This document shows positions 8,376-18,600 of a stretch of DNA of 64,000 nt, in pieces. The notes below the pieces were generated by a model. It was not told where the DNA came from. It searched no databases and saw only the letters and a list, made by a program, of their open reading frames with translations. Numbering within the stretch: the stretch's first letter is position 1; every line of letters begins with the position of its first letter. This stretch comes from an uncultured virus (IMG/VR IMGVR_UViG_3300042886_000142) (lineage: Duplodnaviria > Heunggongvirae > Uroviricota > Caudoviricetes): IMG/VR virus record IMGVR_UViG_3300042886_000142. One strand, 5' to 3'. The translations under genes were made by a program, and so were the position numbers.

Positions 8376-10583
8376 ATGGCATATCCTTTTTTACCAGTAA
8401 ATCCTAGCTGCTCAAATGTAGTTATAAATGATCCATGTGGATGTAGTTCTGTTATTTCCAATAGTGGTTGTAATAATAACAATCCATGTTCAACATATTT
8501 AACTGCTTCTAGTACTATTGTATATGATGGTCTTGCATTATCATGTATAGTAGCTGAGCCATGTGATACACTTAATGTAATCTTACAAAAGATTGATGAG
8601 ATCATATGTAATCTATTAACACAGATTAATACATTAACTATTCAGGTTAATAATATCACTACACAGATAATAACTATCAATGGTGATATAATCAATATAA
8701 ATAATCAATTAGATGTATGTTGTAATGTTACAACTACCACTACTAGTTCTAGTTCAACTACCACCACTTCAACAACAGTACATCCTTGTGAAAACTTTTC
8801 ATTAAATAATACAGGATTAACTCCTGTAGCTATAATCATTACTGATTGTACTACACAAGAACAATCAGCTATTGTATTATTGCCAGGAGATACAAATATT
8901 TGTGTTATAACAGATAGTCCTTTAGTTGTTCCAGGAACAATTATAGTGACACCAAATGGTCCTTGTACTCCTCCAACAACTACTACTACATCATCTTCTA
9001 CTTCTAGTACAACTTCAACTAGTTCTACCACCACTACAACAACAACAGCAATCCCTTGTGAATGTTTGACATTTGAAAATACAGATATAAATCCTCATTT
9101 TATTGGATTTAATGATTGTAATGGTGTTTCTATTGAGACTGAAATTTTTGCAAATGAAACATTATCGTTTTGTGGATGTTGTGGATATGCAGATAGTCCT
9201 CTTGTATTTATTACAATTGGAGCTGATTGTGTTGGTGGGGCTTGTCCTACAACAACAACAACTACAACTACAGTTAATTATGTTTATAGAATTGCACAGT
9301 TGTCATGTATAACTTGTGAACCATTAGGTGATTATTTAAGAAGAAATTCTGGTCCTCTTATTGTTGGTAAATTTTATTATGATGACTTTACTGGACTTGT
9401 TTTTGAAATATTAGAGTTTATAGGTACAACAACTTTTCCATCTGAATTTAATATAAATATAGAAACCATACAAGATGATTGTGTATCAGTAATTTGTTCT
9501 CCTTCTACTACAACTACTACAACAACAGTATGTACTAGACCTGAAGGATTAGTAACTGTTAATTATTTTAATACATATACTTATAATGATGTTATAGTGG
9601 ATTATACTAGCTCATTGTTAGATGCATGTGCTGCTTGTAATTTTATAAAAAATAATGCATTTGATATACAACAGGAAACTTCTTTATTTGGACAAAGTGG
9701 ATCATTTAATATAGGACAATATGTTTATGCTGGATTAGTTACTGATTGTTTACCTTTAGCTAATGGATTCTATATCACAGATCATGAATTTTGTGAAATA
9801 GCAGAAATTGTTGATGGTTATATTGTAGGTATTACAAATTGTCAAATAATTCCTATACCTACTACCACCACCACCACTACAGGTATTCCTTGTGACTGTT
9901 TAACTTTTAATAATACAGATGATAAAAATCCTCATTCTATAGGATATATTGATTGTAATAATGTTCCTGTTATAGATACAAATATTGAACCTCTTGCACT
10001 TGTAAAACTTTGTGGATCTAATGGACTTGCTAGTAATCCTCTTGTAACAATTACAGTTGGAGATGCTTGTATTGATTCAGTTTGTCCAGAACTAACAACT
10101 ACCACAACAACTACTGCTTGTTTACAATGGATTTATGATACTACGCTTATTGAACCACAGTCTACTGTAGTGACTTTAGCATATACTGAATGTATAACTG
10201 GTACTCCTATAACAATAACTCAACCAGCTGGAGATTTTCCACAGCCTTTTGAGTTTTGTGCTGTACCTTATCCTTCTATTGAATTAGGAACATTAATCTC
10301 TTCTGGACCTTGTTTACTAACAACTACAACTACTACAACAATAGCACCTACAACAACAAGTACTACTACATCTACTCCTTCACCGCAATGTTATAACGTA
10401 GCAGTTTCTCCTCCTGTATTTAACCCAGGAACTTTTCATACAGTAGAATATTTAGATTGTTTAGGAGATCCTCAAACAGTAAATGTTCCTGATGGTGGAA
10501 CTATGGTTCCAATATGTGCAACTATAATTGTATCAAACAATAATAATGGTACAACTTATACAACAGGAATTTGTATATTATAA
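8376..10583 (+). CDS. Modular Cys-rich, poly-Thr-linked virion protein
   Basis: 735 aa: anchor domain, coiled coil, then a string of ~55-110-aa Cys modules separated by Thr runs. Confidence 0.7.
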   Translation: MAYPFLPVNPSCSNVVINDPCGCSSVISNSGCNNNNPCSTYLTASSTIVYDGLALSCIVAEPCDTLNVILQKIDEIICNLLTQINTLTIQVNNITTQIITINGDIININNQLDVCCNVTTTTTSSSSTTTTSTTVHPCENFSLNNTGLTPVAIIITDCTTQEQSAIVLLPGDTNICVITDSPLVVPGTIIVTPNGPCTPPTTTTTSSSTSSTTSTSSTTTTTTTAIPCECLTFENTDINPHFIGFNDCNGVSIETEIFANETLSFCGCCGYADSPLVFITIGADCVGGACPTTTTTTTTVNYVYRIAQLSCITCEPLGDYLRRNSGPLIVGKFYYDDFTGLVFEILEFIGTTTFPSEFNINIETIQDDCVSVICSPSTTTTTTTVCTRPEGLVTVNYFNTYTYNDVIVDYTSSLLDACAACNFIKNNAFDIQQETSLFGQSGSFNIGQYVYAGLVTDCLPLANGFYITDHEFCEIAEIVDGYIVGITNCQIIPIPTTTTTTTGIPCDCLTFNNTDDKNPHSIGYIDCNNVPVIDTNIEPLALVKLCGSNGLASNPLVTITVGDACIDSVCPELTTTTTTTACLQWIYDTTLIEPQSTVVTLAYTECITGTPITITQPAGDFPQPFEFCAVPYPSIELGTLISSGPCLLTTTTTTTIAPTTTSTTTSTPSPQCYNVAVSPPVFNPGTFHTVEYLDCLGDPQTVNVPDGGTMVPICATIIVSNNNNGTTYTTGICIL

Positions 10584-10598
10584 AATAATAAATAAAAC

Positions 10599-11567
10599 AT
10601 GGCTAATTGCTCTAAAATAAATAATACAACAATAATAGGAACGAGTGCTGTTACATATGATAGCACTCAACTTCCTTGTACAGATATAAAAACTTGTGAT
10701 GACTTAAATACGGTTCTTGCTAAGTTAGATGCTGTTGTATGTAATGTTACAGCTAGTATAAATACGCTTACAGAAGATATAACAAATATCACTGAGGACA
10801 TAATGATTATAGGAGAAGACATAATCAATATTAATAATCAACTTGCTATATGTTGTCCAACAACTACAACTACAAGTTCAACTAGTACATCAACTTCTAC
10901 TACTACATCTACAACTACTATACCACCAACTTCAACAACAACAAGTAGTAGTTCTACAAGTTCTACAAGTACATCTACAAGTACATCTACCAGCACATCA
11001 ACATCAACCTCAACAAGCACATCTACTAGCACATCTACAACAACCACCACTGCAGCACCTACTACCACAACAACAACAACACTTTTATCTGCTTGTTATA
11101 TAGTTGAAGGAATATGGGATGTTGATGATCCAGCACATCCAGCTGGAGGATATGTAAATTATGTAGATCAATTTGGAAACAATCAATCTTTATCAGGTCT
11201 TTGGGTAATTGATAGTATTAATATAATAGCATCTTCAATAGGTACTCGTGAAGGAGTAACTATTACACCTTCTGACTGCTCAACCACAACTACTACTACT
11301 ACATCTTTACCTCCTACTCCTTATCGTTGTATTAGATTAGATGGTTGTGATGGATTTGGGTACAGAGATATAGTTTATAATCCTTTATTTGAAACAGTAG
11401 GTCAAGTATTTCAATATTACATATATTCTGCCCCAAGTACCCTTCATTGTGGTACAGTGATAAATAATAATGTTATGTCAATTGCAGATTCAGCTATTGT
11501 AAATATCACTCCAACTACTTGTGGTGAACCTACATTATGTGAAGTTCCAAATCCAACTCCACCATGA
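10599..11567 (+). CDS. Cys/Thr/Ser-rich virion protein, paralog of 8376..10583 at the N-terminus
   Basis: Shares the anchor and coiled coil (DIININNQLAICC vs DIININNQLDVCC); contains a ~75-residue T/S tract with an (ST)n run. Confidence 0.7.
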   Translation: MANCSKINNTTIIGTSAVTYDSTQLPCTDIKTCDDLNTVLAKLDAVVCNVTASINTLTEDITNITEDIMIIGEDIININNQLAICCPTTTTTSSTSTSTSTTTSTTTIPPTSTTTSSSSTSSTSTSTSTSTSTSTSTSTSTSTSTSTTTTTAAPTTTTTTTLLSACYIVEGIWDVDDPAHPAGGYVNYVDQFGNNQSLSGLWVIDSINIIASSIGTREGVTITPSDCSTTTTTTTSLPPTPYRCIRLDGCDGFGYRDIVYNPLFETVGQVFQYYIYSAPSTLHCGTVINNNVMSIADSAIVNITPTTCGEPTLCEVPNPTPP

Positions 11568-11610
11568 TTTATATAAACTAATAATAAACCAATAACTAAA
11601 ATTTAAACTA

Positions 11611-12096
11611 ATGACAGTATTAATAACATTAACAGTTGCTGGGGCTGATTCAGGCCCCTTCAATCTGTACTCAAATGTAAATGGATATACTCCAGCATTT
11701 GAAACAGGAGTATCTAAATCAGCATTGCTTGCAGGATATTCTTCTGCACTAGTGCCTGATTACACAACTATTATAAGAATAGTCTCTACAGGAGATTGTA
11801 CAAATTATATTGACATAACATTAACATCAACAACAACTACTACCACTACAATTGTACCAACTACTACTACTACTACTACTACCAGTTCCCCTGTTATAGC
11901 ATGTGCACAATATACTGTTGGTACTACTTCAGGAACAGGACAAACTTTTACTTATACTGATTGTGAGGGGTTACCTCAATCAGATACTGTAGGTGGGGCA
12001 TCAGGATTTGATTCTCGAACATTTTGTGCTCAATTAAATTCAGTGATAGGTACAGGAGAAACTACAACAATATATGATGGACCTTGTCTAACTTAA
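11611..12096 (+). CDS. Small two-domain Thr-linked virion protein
   Basis: N-domain GADSGPFNLYS...STGDC, poly-Thr linker, Cys module TYTDCEG...FCA. Confidence 0.7.
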   Translation: MTVLITLTVAGADSGPFNLYSNVNGYTPAFETGVSKSALLAGYSSALVPDYTTIIRIVSTGDCTNYIDITLTSTTTTTTTIVPTTTTTTTTSSPVIACAQYTVGTTSGTGQTFTYTDCEGLPQSDTVGGASGFDSRTFCAQLNSVIGTGETTTIYDGPCLT

Positions 12097-12112
12097 TTTA
12101 AAAATTAATAAA

Positions 12113-12176
12113 AAACCTTGTTTTGTTGGTTTTACAAGGTTTCTCCTCAAGACTTTTCTTGGGGAGTTTTTGTTTT
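12113..12176 (+). terminator. Tandem hairpins ending in a T-tract; intrinsic terminator closing the fibre cluster
   Basis: AAACCTTGT...ACAAGGTTT followed by CTCCTCAAGA...CTTGGGGAG-TTTTTGTTTT. Confidence 0.8.
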
Positions 12177-12220
12177 ATAACCAATTTGATTATAAATAAT
12201 AACGTTTTTAATTAAAATTA

Positions 12221-12253
12221 TTTGGAATATATAAAAACTATTGTTTATCTTTA
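12221..12253 (+). promoter_or_regulatory. Bacteroidota-type sigma-A promoter (near match)
   Basis: TTTG at 12221, 21-nt spacer, TATCTTTA (one mismatch to TAnnTTTG). Confidence 0.5.
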
Positions 12254-12280
12254 CGATATTTTTAACTAATATAGATACAT

Positions 12281-13495
12281 ATGTCTGAAAATCAAAGCTT
12301 GTTATATCAATTAGAAGAGTTACTAACGCAGAAGAAAAGTAAGAAATTCTATGCAGAGAAATTAGGAATAAGTGAATATGAAGTGAATGAGCTCATGAAG
12401 GAGCTTAAAGAAAAAGATACAGAACCTGCAGTAAGAAATTATACAGAAGAACGTAAAGTGAATGTTGAAAGAGGTACAATAGAAAGTACAATCATATCAG
12501 ACTTTAATCCTAAAGATGATATTGAACTAGCTAAGCTGCACAAGATAAACTTAGATAAATACATCATTACCAACTACTGGTCTAAGATGTTACCAAGTGG
12601 AAACTTCACTTCATCAGTTTTCTCAAAGAAGAAAGAAGCTAAAGACTACTCTCCTGAAGACTTTGTTAAGTTTTTAGAAAACTACAAACCAAATAATATA
12701 TCAATTACCAAGGTAGATCGTACTAATAGTAAAGACTATGTAGATGTAGAAATATCTATATCTGATTTCCATTTAGCTAAGAGATGTGTAGATGGTGATA
12801 ATAGTCCTGAAGATAGAGCTTTAAGATATTTTAATGTGGCTCAGTCTTTGATTAACAAAGTTGAAGCTAATTACAATGTAAACACTGTAGTGTTGCCTAT
12901 ATCGAATGATTTCTTTCATACTGATAACTATCAAAACCAAACTACACAAGGTACACCACAAGATACAATAATGGAATATCATTCAGAATATGAATTAGGA
13001 TTCTCTGTTCTTGTAGATACAATCAATATGTTAAGACAACATTCTAGCACTGTGCAGGTGATCCTTGTACAAGGTAATCATGACAGAACTAAGTCTTTTT
13101 ATTTAGCTCATGCATTAGATGTATACTTCAGTGATGCACTTGATGTAGAATTTATAAGAGAGCATTCAGTTATTAAAGGAATCACATTGGGTAATACATT
13201 CATTGGTTGGCATCATGGTAACTGTAAGTTAGATGATCTTCCATTATTATTTGCAACACATCCTAAATACAGTCAAGCATTTGGTAATGCTAAATACAGA
13301 GAGGTACATACAGGTGATAAACATCACTATATGGCTAAAGAGGTTAAGGGAGTAAGAATACAACAAATGCCTAGTTTATCAGGAACTGATAGATGGCACT
13401 TAGATAATAACTTCGTACACTCAGTACGAGCAGCTCTTGCTTTAGTCTATGATCTTAATCTAGGTAAGATAGCAGAGTTTGAAACTCGAATATAA
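12281..13495 (+). CDS. Calcineurin-like metallophosphoesterase with N-terminal HTH-like segment
   Basis: Motifs SDFH, NDFFH, GNHD, HHG and GDKHH in order; N-terminus YAEKLGISEYEV is HTH-like. Confidence 0.8.
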   Translation: MSENQSLLYQLEELLTQKKSKKFYAEKLGISEYEVNELMKELKEKDTEPAVRNYTEERKVNVERGTIESTIISDFNPKDDIELAKLHKINLDKYIITNYWSKMLPSGNFTSSVFSKKKEAKDYSPEDFVKFLENYKPNNISITKVDRTNSKDYVDVEISISDFHLAKRCVDGDNSPEDRALRYFNVAQSLINKVEANYNVNTVVLPISNDFFHTDNYQNQTTQGTPQDTIMEYHSEYELGFSVLVDTINMLRQHSSTVQVILVQGNHDRTKSFYLAHALDVYFSDALDVEFIREHSVIKGITLGNTFIGWHHGNCKLDDLPLLFATHPKYSQAFGNAKYREVHTGDKHHYMAKEVKGVRIQQMPSLSGTDRWHLDNNFVHSVRAALALVYDLNLGKIAEFETRI

Positions 13496-13497
13496 TT

Positions 13498-14226
13498 ATG
13501 GCAACATTAAGAAAATTAGTCAGTGATGTTAGAAGTGTCCACAAGATACTTTCTACAGATAGTCTTATTACAGATAGAGCAATCGCATCTGAGATAAGAA
13601 ACAACTCCTTGTTATTAATCAAGAGAGAAACCAATCTTAGAAAGCTATGGGCTACTGATACATTATTCACCACTATTCCTTGTTTAGAGATGATAGAGGT
13701 ATCTATTTCTGAATGTTGTAACTATGTTGATCCTTGTTCTATAGCTAGAACTAAATTTAAACTCCCACGTATATCTGAAGGAAACTATCAGTATGTTATA
13801 CAAGGAGTTTATTCTATTAATGCTATGAGTGGCCAAGGAAAGAAGTTAAAAGAAATATCTATCAATAGATACCTAAATCTTTTAAAGCTTCCTGTGATCA
13901 AGAAAGAAGAATACTTCTGGATATCTAATGGATATTTATATGTAAACAATCCTTTACTTAGAGCTATTAGATTTGTAGCATTCTTTGAAGAAGATGTACA
14001 CAATGATATTATGTATCCAGAATGTGGATGTGGATCTCCTGAGTATACAACTGAACAAATATGTATTAACCCATTAGATAAAGAGTTTGCTCTTCCTGGA
14101 TACCTAGAACAACAAGTGCTACAACTTACATCACAAAAATTATTATCTACTTATTTCAATATTAAAACTGATACCAGTCAAGAAGGTATAGATGGTCAAG
14201 CACCAAACTCAAAACCAACTAATTAA
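13498..14226 (+). CDS. Putative tail ring protein
   Basis: 242 aa, next to the IHF-like and tail-tubular genes as in crAss tail modules. Confidence 0.55.
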   Translation: MATLRKLVSDVRSVHKILSTDSLITDRAIASEIRNNSLLLIKRETNLRKLWATDTLFTTIPCLEMIEVSISECCNYVDPCSIARTKFKLPRISEGNYQYVIQGVYSINAMSGQGKKLKEISINRYLNLLKLPVIKKEEYFWISNGYLYVNNPLLRAIRFVAFFEEDVHNDIMYPECGCGSPEYTTEQICINPLDKEFALPGYLEQQVLQLTSQKLLSTYFNIKTDTSQEGIDGQAPNSKPTN

Positions 14227-14702
14227 TGAGAACAAAAATTGATTGGAGATCTTCTAGTAAAGACAACTATAATCAGTTTTGCAAAAGACACCCCTCTATA
14301 ACTCTCACATATGATGAGTGGAGAAATATAATCTACACTTATAATGAATTCTTCAAAGAGTATATTTTAGAGACAGGTGAGAAAGCAAAACTACCTTATG
14401 GATTTGGAGACTTCTCTATCAATAAAAAGAAACGAAGAAGAATAAAATTAGCTGATGGAAAAGAATTTGTTAACCTACCAATCGATTGGCAAAAGACTAA
14501 AGAGAAAGGAAAAGTTATTTATAACTTTAATTATCATACAGAAGGTTACTTTTTTGGTTGGATGTGGTTTAAACCCTCAGCACGCTTTAAGAATTCTGAC
14601 CTTTGGTATTTCAAACCTTCTAGATTAACCTCAAGATTATTATCACATTACTTGAAAACCAGCGACAAGTATCAACACATTTATAACGAATGGAAAAAAT
14701 AA
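14226..14702 (+). CDS. IHF/HU-like basic protein (crAss IHF-subunit homolog)
   Basis: ILETGEKAKLPYGFGDFSINKK matches the HU/IHF beta-hairpin signature; typical position in the crAss tail module. Confidence 0.7.
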   Translation: MRTKIDWRSSSKDNYNQFCKRHPSITLTYDEWRNIIYTYNEFFKEYILETGEKAKLPYGFGDFSINKKKRRRIKLADGKEFVNLPIDWQKTKEKGKVIYNFNYHTEGYFFGWMWFKPSARFKNSDLWYFKPSRLTSRLLSHYLKTSDKYQHIYNEWKK

Positions 14703-14705
14703 ATT

Positions 14706-15680
14706 ATGTCGTATTATTATAAATATGCTTTCATTAGCCCAGAACCTGTCTACTCAACTGTTAAAGAAGAATTAAAATCTTATTTTGATACAGGTGCTGT
14801 GGATGATCTTTTATTCCCTACTTACTTAGATAAAGCTCTAAAGAAGTTAGGTAGAACAACCTATGTAATTACAGATGAAGTTTTATTTATTGAAGACTTC
14901 CAAGCTAGACTTCCTGATAACTTTTATGCTGTTAGAGAAGCATGGATGACTACAGAAGTGGCTAGTTATCCTTATCAATCAGCTAATTCATTTTATTCAC
15001 AAGCAGCTAGTGCAACCACTATTCAAGTTGCTCCTTTAACCATTGGAGGAACTCCTTGTAATAATCCTGGATGTCAAACTCCACAATGTGATGGTACATG
15101 CATGCCTGTGTTAGTACAAGCTGTGTATAAGACTAATAATAGTGTAGCAAGAGGATTTACTCATGACTACTTACTTAAGCCTGGAAACATCTCTGCAAGA
15201 CAAAACTGTGGAGTGGAATATACAAACAATTGGGAAATGTATTCTGAAGCTCCTCCTATTCATGAATTCACACCTGGCTCTGCTAGTTATGACTCATTTG
15301 ATATACGAGATAATAAGTTTGTAACTAATTTTAGAAATGGTGTTGTACATTTAATATTCTATGCTACAGAGTATGATGAAATAGGTAATCAATTGATTCC
15401 TGACAACTATCGTATTAGAGAATATGTAGAGGCATTCCTTAAGTTTAAAGTATTTGAAATGCTTACAAATCAAACTAATGATGAAACTTTTAATCAGTTG
15501 CAACAGAAGTTAATCTATCACAAACAAGCATATGAAGAAGCTTTCATTATGGCTAGTATTGAGATTAAGAAACAAACTCCTTGGGAGAAGCAAAGAAGGA
15601 TCAAGAATGATCTTAATAGATTTAATATGTATGAACTTCCTAACCGCACAAATAGAGGTGGTAGAAGACGTAATAACTAA
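14706..15680 (+). CDS. Tail tubular/ring protein (P22 gp4-like, crAss Ttub)
   Basis: 324 aa directly before the stabilisation protein; LPDNF and DEIGNQLIPDN motifs. Confidence 0.65.
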   Translation: MSYYYKYAFISPEPVYSTVKEELKSYFDTGAVDDLLFPTYLDKALKKLGRTTYVITDEVLFIEDFQARLPDNFYAVREAWMTTEVASYPYQSANSFYSQAASATTIQVAPLTIGGTPCNNPGCQTPQCDGTCMPVLVQAVYKTNNSVARGFTHDYLLKPGNISARQNCGVEYTNNWEMYSEAPPIHEFTPGSASYDSFDIRDNKFVTNFRNGVVHLIFYATEYDEIGNQLIPDNYRIREYVEAFLKFKVFEMLTNQTNDETFNQLQQKLIYHKQAYEEAFIMASIEIKKQTPWEKQRRIKNDLNRFNMYELPNRTNRGGRRRNN

Positions 15681-15685
15681 TAACT

Positions 15686-18600
15686 ATGGCAGACGAGTTA
15701 GATAAAATAAAACAAATACTTGGTGGAGATCAAAGTAATATTAAATTAGAGCCTAATTTTGGAGCTATTGGTTTAAATATGGATCAAACTTTGAATCAGA
15801 TTAAACCTGGTACATTGACCTATGCATTAAATGCTGCTTTAGAAAACTTTGATGCTAGTTCTGTTAATTATCAGAACGAACAAGGTAATGAATTCTGTTT
15901 ACAGTTTCCTTCAGGGTATTCTTTGATAGGAACTTATTTTATTAATGAAAAGAACAAACATATATTCTTTATAGTAAATTCTGATATAGGAATGAGCCAG
16001 ATTGGATATATGGATAATAATGATTGTAATTATGTTACATTAGTAGAATCAGCATGTCTTAACTTTGACATTAATCATCCAATACATAAAGTGGTACATA
16101 AGATTACCAATTGTAAAACTGAGATATATTGGACAGATGGATACAACTCAAGAAGATATTTAGATATAGAGAACATTCCATATACACTAGCATATGATTC
16201 AGATCTATGTGATCCTACATATACAGATCAATTAGATTGTAATCAATTAAAAATACAACCTAATTTTAATATCCCTGAACTTGAAATAACAAATATTTAT
16301 AATGGTGGGGATCTTACTTCTGGTACATATCAGTTTGCTATACAATATTGTGATGCATCAGGTAATGCTTATACATCATACTACTCTGTTACTAATCCTA
16401 CACCTATTGCTGACACACAATTAACAACTGCCATCTTTGATTATAAGGTTGGTAAATCTATTGAAGTGACAGTTAATAACTTAGATATTACAGGATTATA
16501 TTTATACTATAATATAGCTGTAATCAAAACAATAAATAATATCACTAGTATAGAACTAGTAGGTACATATTCAATTGAAAATCAAGTTGACGTAGTAACA
16601 TATACTGGACAAAATAATACACTGATTAATCTAACTGCTTTAGATATATTTGAAAAATATCCATATTATGATATTGCTCAAGATTTGACTACTGCTCAAG
16701 ATGTAATCATGTGGGACAACCTTACGTCTATAGATAGAATAAACTATCAAGAGATAGCTTCTAAAATAGAGTTGTTATGGGAAACATATAGAATCCCTTC
16801 TAATGAAAACTATGCTGATGAATTAAATGCTACAAACCTACGTGGTTATCTACGTGATGAGGTGTATGCATTTGAAATAGTATTCTTATTAAAGAATGGA
16901 AAACAAACAGATGGCTTTCATATTCCTGGAAGAACATTAACATATGATGATTTACAATATCCAGATATCCCTACTACAAATGCTGACTTTATAGGTGAGC
17001 CTGATTATGTTGATCCTACATCAGGAGTTGGATATAGCCCTTATTGGAAAATATATAATACAGCTTCTGTCCTAGGACAAGCTACAGGAAATCCAATTGG
17101 TAATGCTACACCACATGAATATGGTGAATTTGCTTATTGGGAATCTATAGAAACATATCCTTGTAATATAGATGTATGGGGAGATCTTGCAGGACAACAG
17201 ATCAGACATCATAAATTTCCTGATGTACTCGTTAGTCCTATATTTGAAAATCCTATATATGCTTTAACTCCTGGTTTCCAACCAGAGATGCAAAGTGATG
17301 CTGTATTCCCATTAGGAGTGAAAGTTGATATATCACAAATTCAATCTTTGATCTCAAACTCTTCTATTGCACAAGATCAGAAAGATAACATTGCTGGATT
17401 TAAAATAGTAAGAGGTAATAGAAATACAAATAAATCTATTGTAGCTAAAGGGATGCTTCGTAATGTAGCAACTTATCAAAGACAAGAACAAACTCTTTAT
17501 TATCCAAACTACCCATATAATGATCTTAATGAAGATCCATTTTTGAATGCAACAACTAATGCATATGATTCATTAGGACAATCTCAAGTTTGGATAGTTC
17601 AATGTAAAGAAACAGGTACATATGAATATACAGATACAGTTACTGGTAAGTTAGTAAGTTGTATTCCTATGAAAGCTGGTGAAAATTATGAATTTTGTTC
17701 TTTGACTAGACCAAAATATTTAACTGGTAAAGCATGTATAGGTCCTGGAAATTATGATGTTATTGTTTTTGATTATAGTATATGTACAGATGCATATTTA
17801 TTAAGAGCAGATAGTGAATGGACATGTGATAATTCTGCATTAACTACAGTAAAATTTGGAACTGTTCCATTTTGTTCATTTGCATGTAATTTATGTTCAT
17901 TAAATACATGTGGTATTTTTATTGATAAAATATCTATAGGTGAATGGCCTTATTATGAAGATGCAGATGGATATGTTGGAAGTGCAGAAGCTGTATGTAG
18001 AAGAGAAGAACCATGGCCTCTTCGATTAGCACTTGGTGAACTTCCTCCATATGATTCAAGATCTTGTATAAATTTTAGTAGAAGATCCCCATTGAATGAT
18101 ACCTGTGGATTAGCTAAATCATTACCAGCTATTACAAGTGAAAGTTCTAGATATAGACAAGTGTTCAATTCTCCAGATACATCTTTCTCACAACCTTTCT
18201 TAGGAGATATTCTTAAATTAGAGAATGTAATGTTTGGTGGAGGAAAAGCACATTTTGTTCCAGTGAAAGGAAATGCTAAATATAGACTTCTTTCTAGACA
18301 AGCTCAAGAAGATGCATTAGATAGTTCATTTGCTCTTGTTGTAGGTTCTGGTGATATGACAGCTGTATTTACAGCTTACCAAGCATATTTAACTATTTAT
18401 GTAAATGGTATTACAAGAAAGAACTATGCTCAGTCATTTAACTCTATTGCTAGTTATGACTATTCTGCAGATATAGGTAATAACATTACATCTAATGGTG
18501 TAGTTGGTATTAAACAAAGACAATTAGATATTCAAACATATTTAATACCAGGTGTATTAAATGTAGGTGATGATAAAAATATTAATAACTATCAAAGAGA

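Noticed and set aside
6323..11103. Val-rich minus-strand ORFs (6323, 8705, 10838) and Gln/Leu-rich alternate frames
   Set aside because: Reverse-complement or frame shadows of poly-Thr codons.
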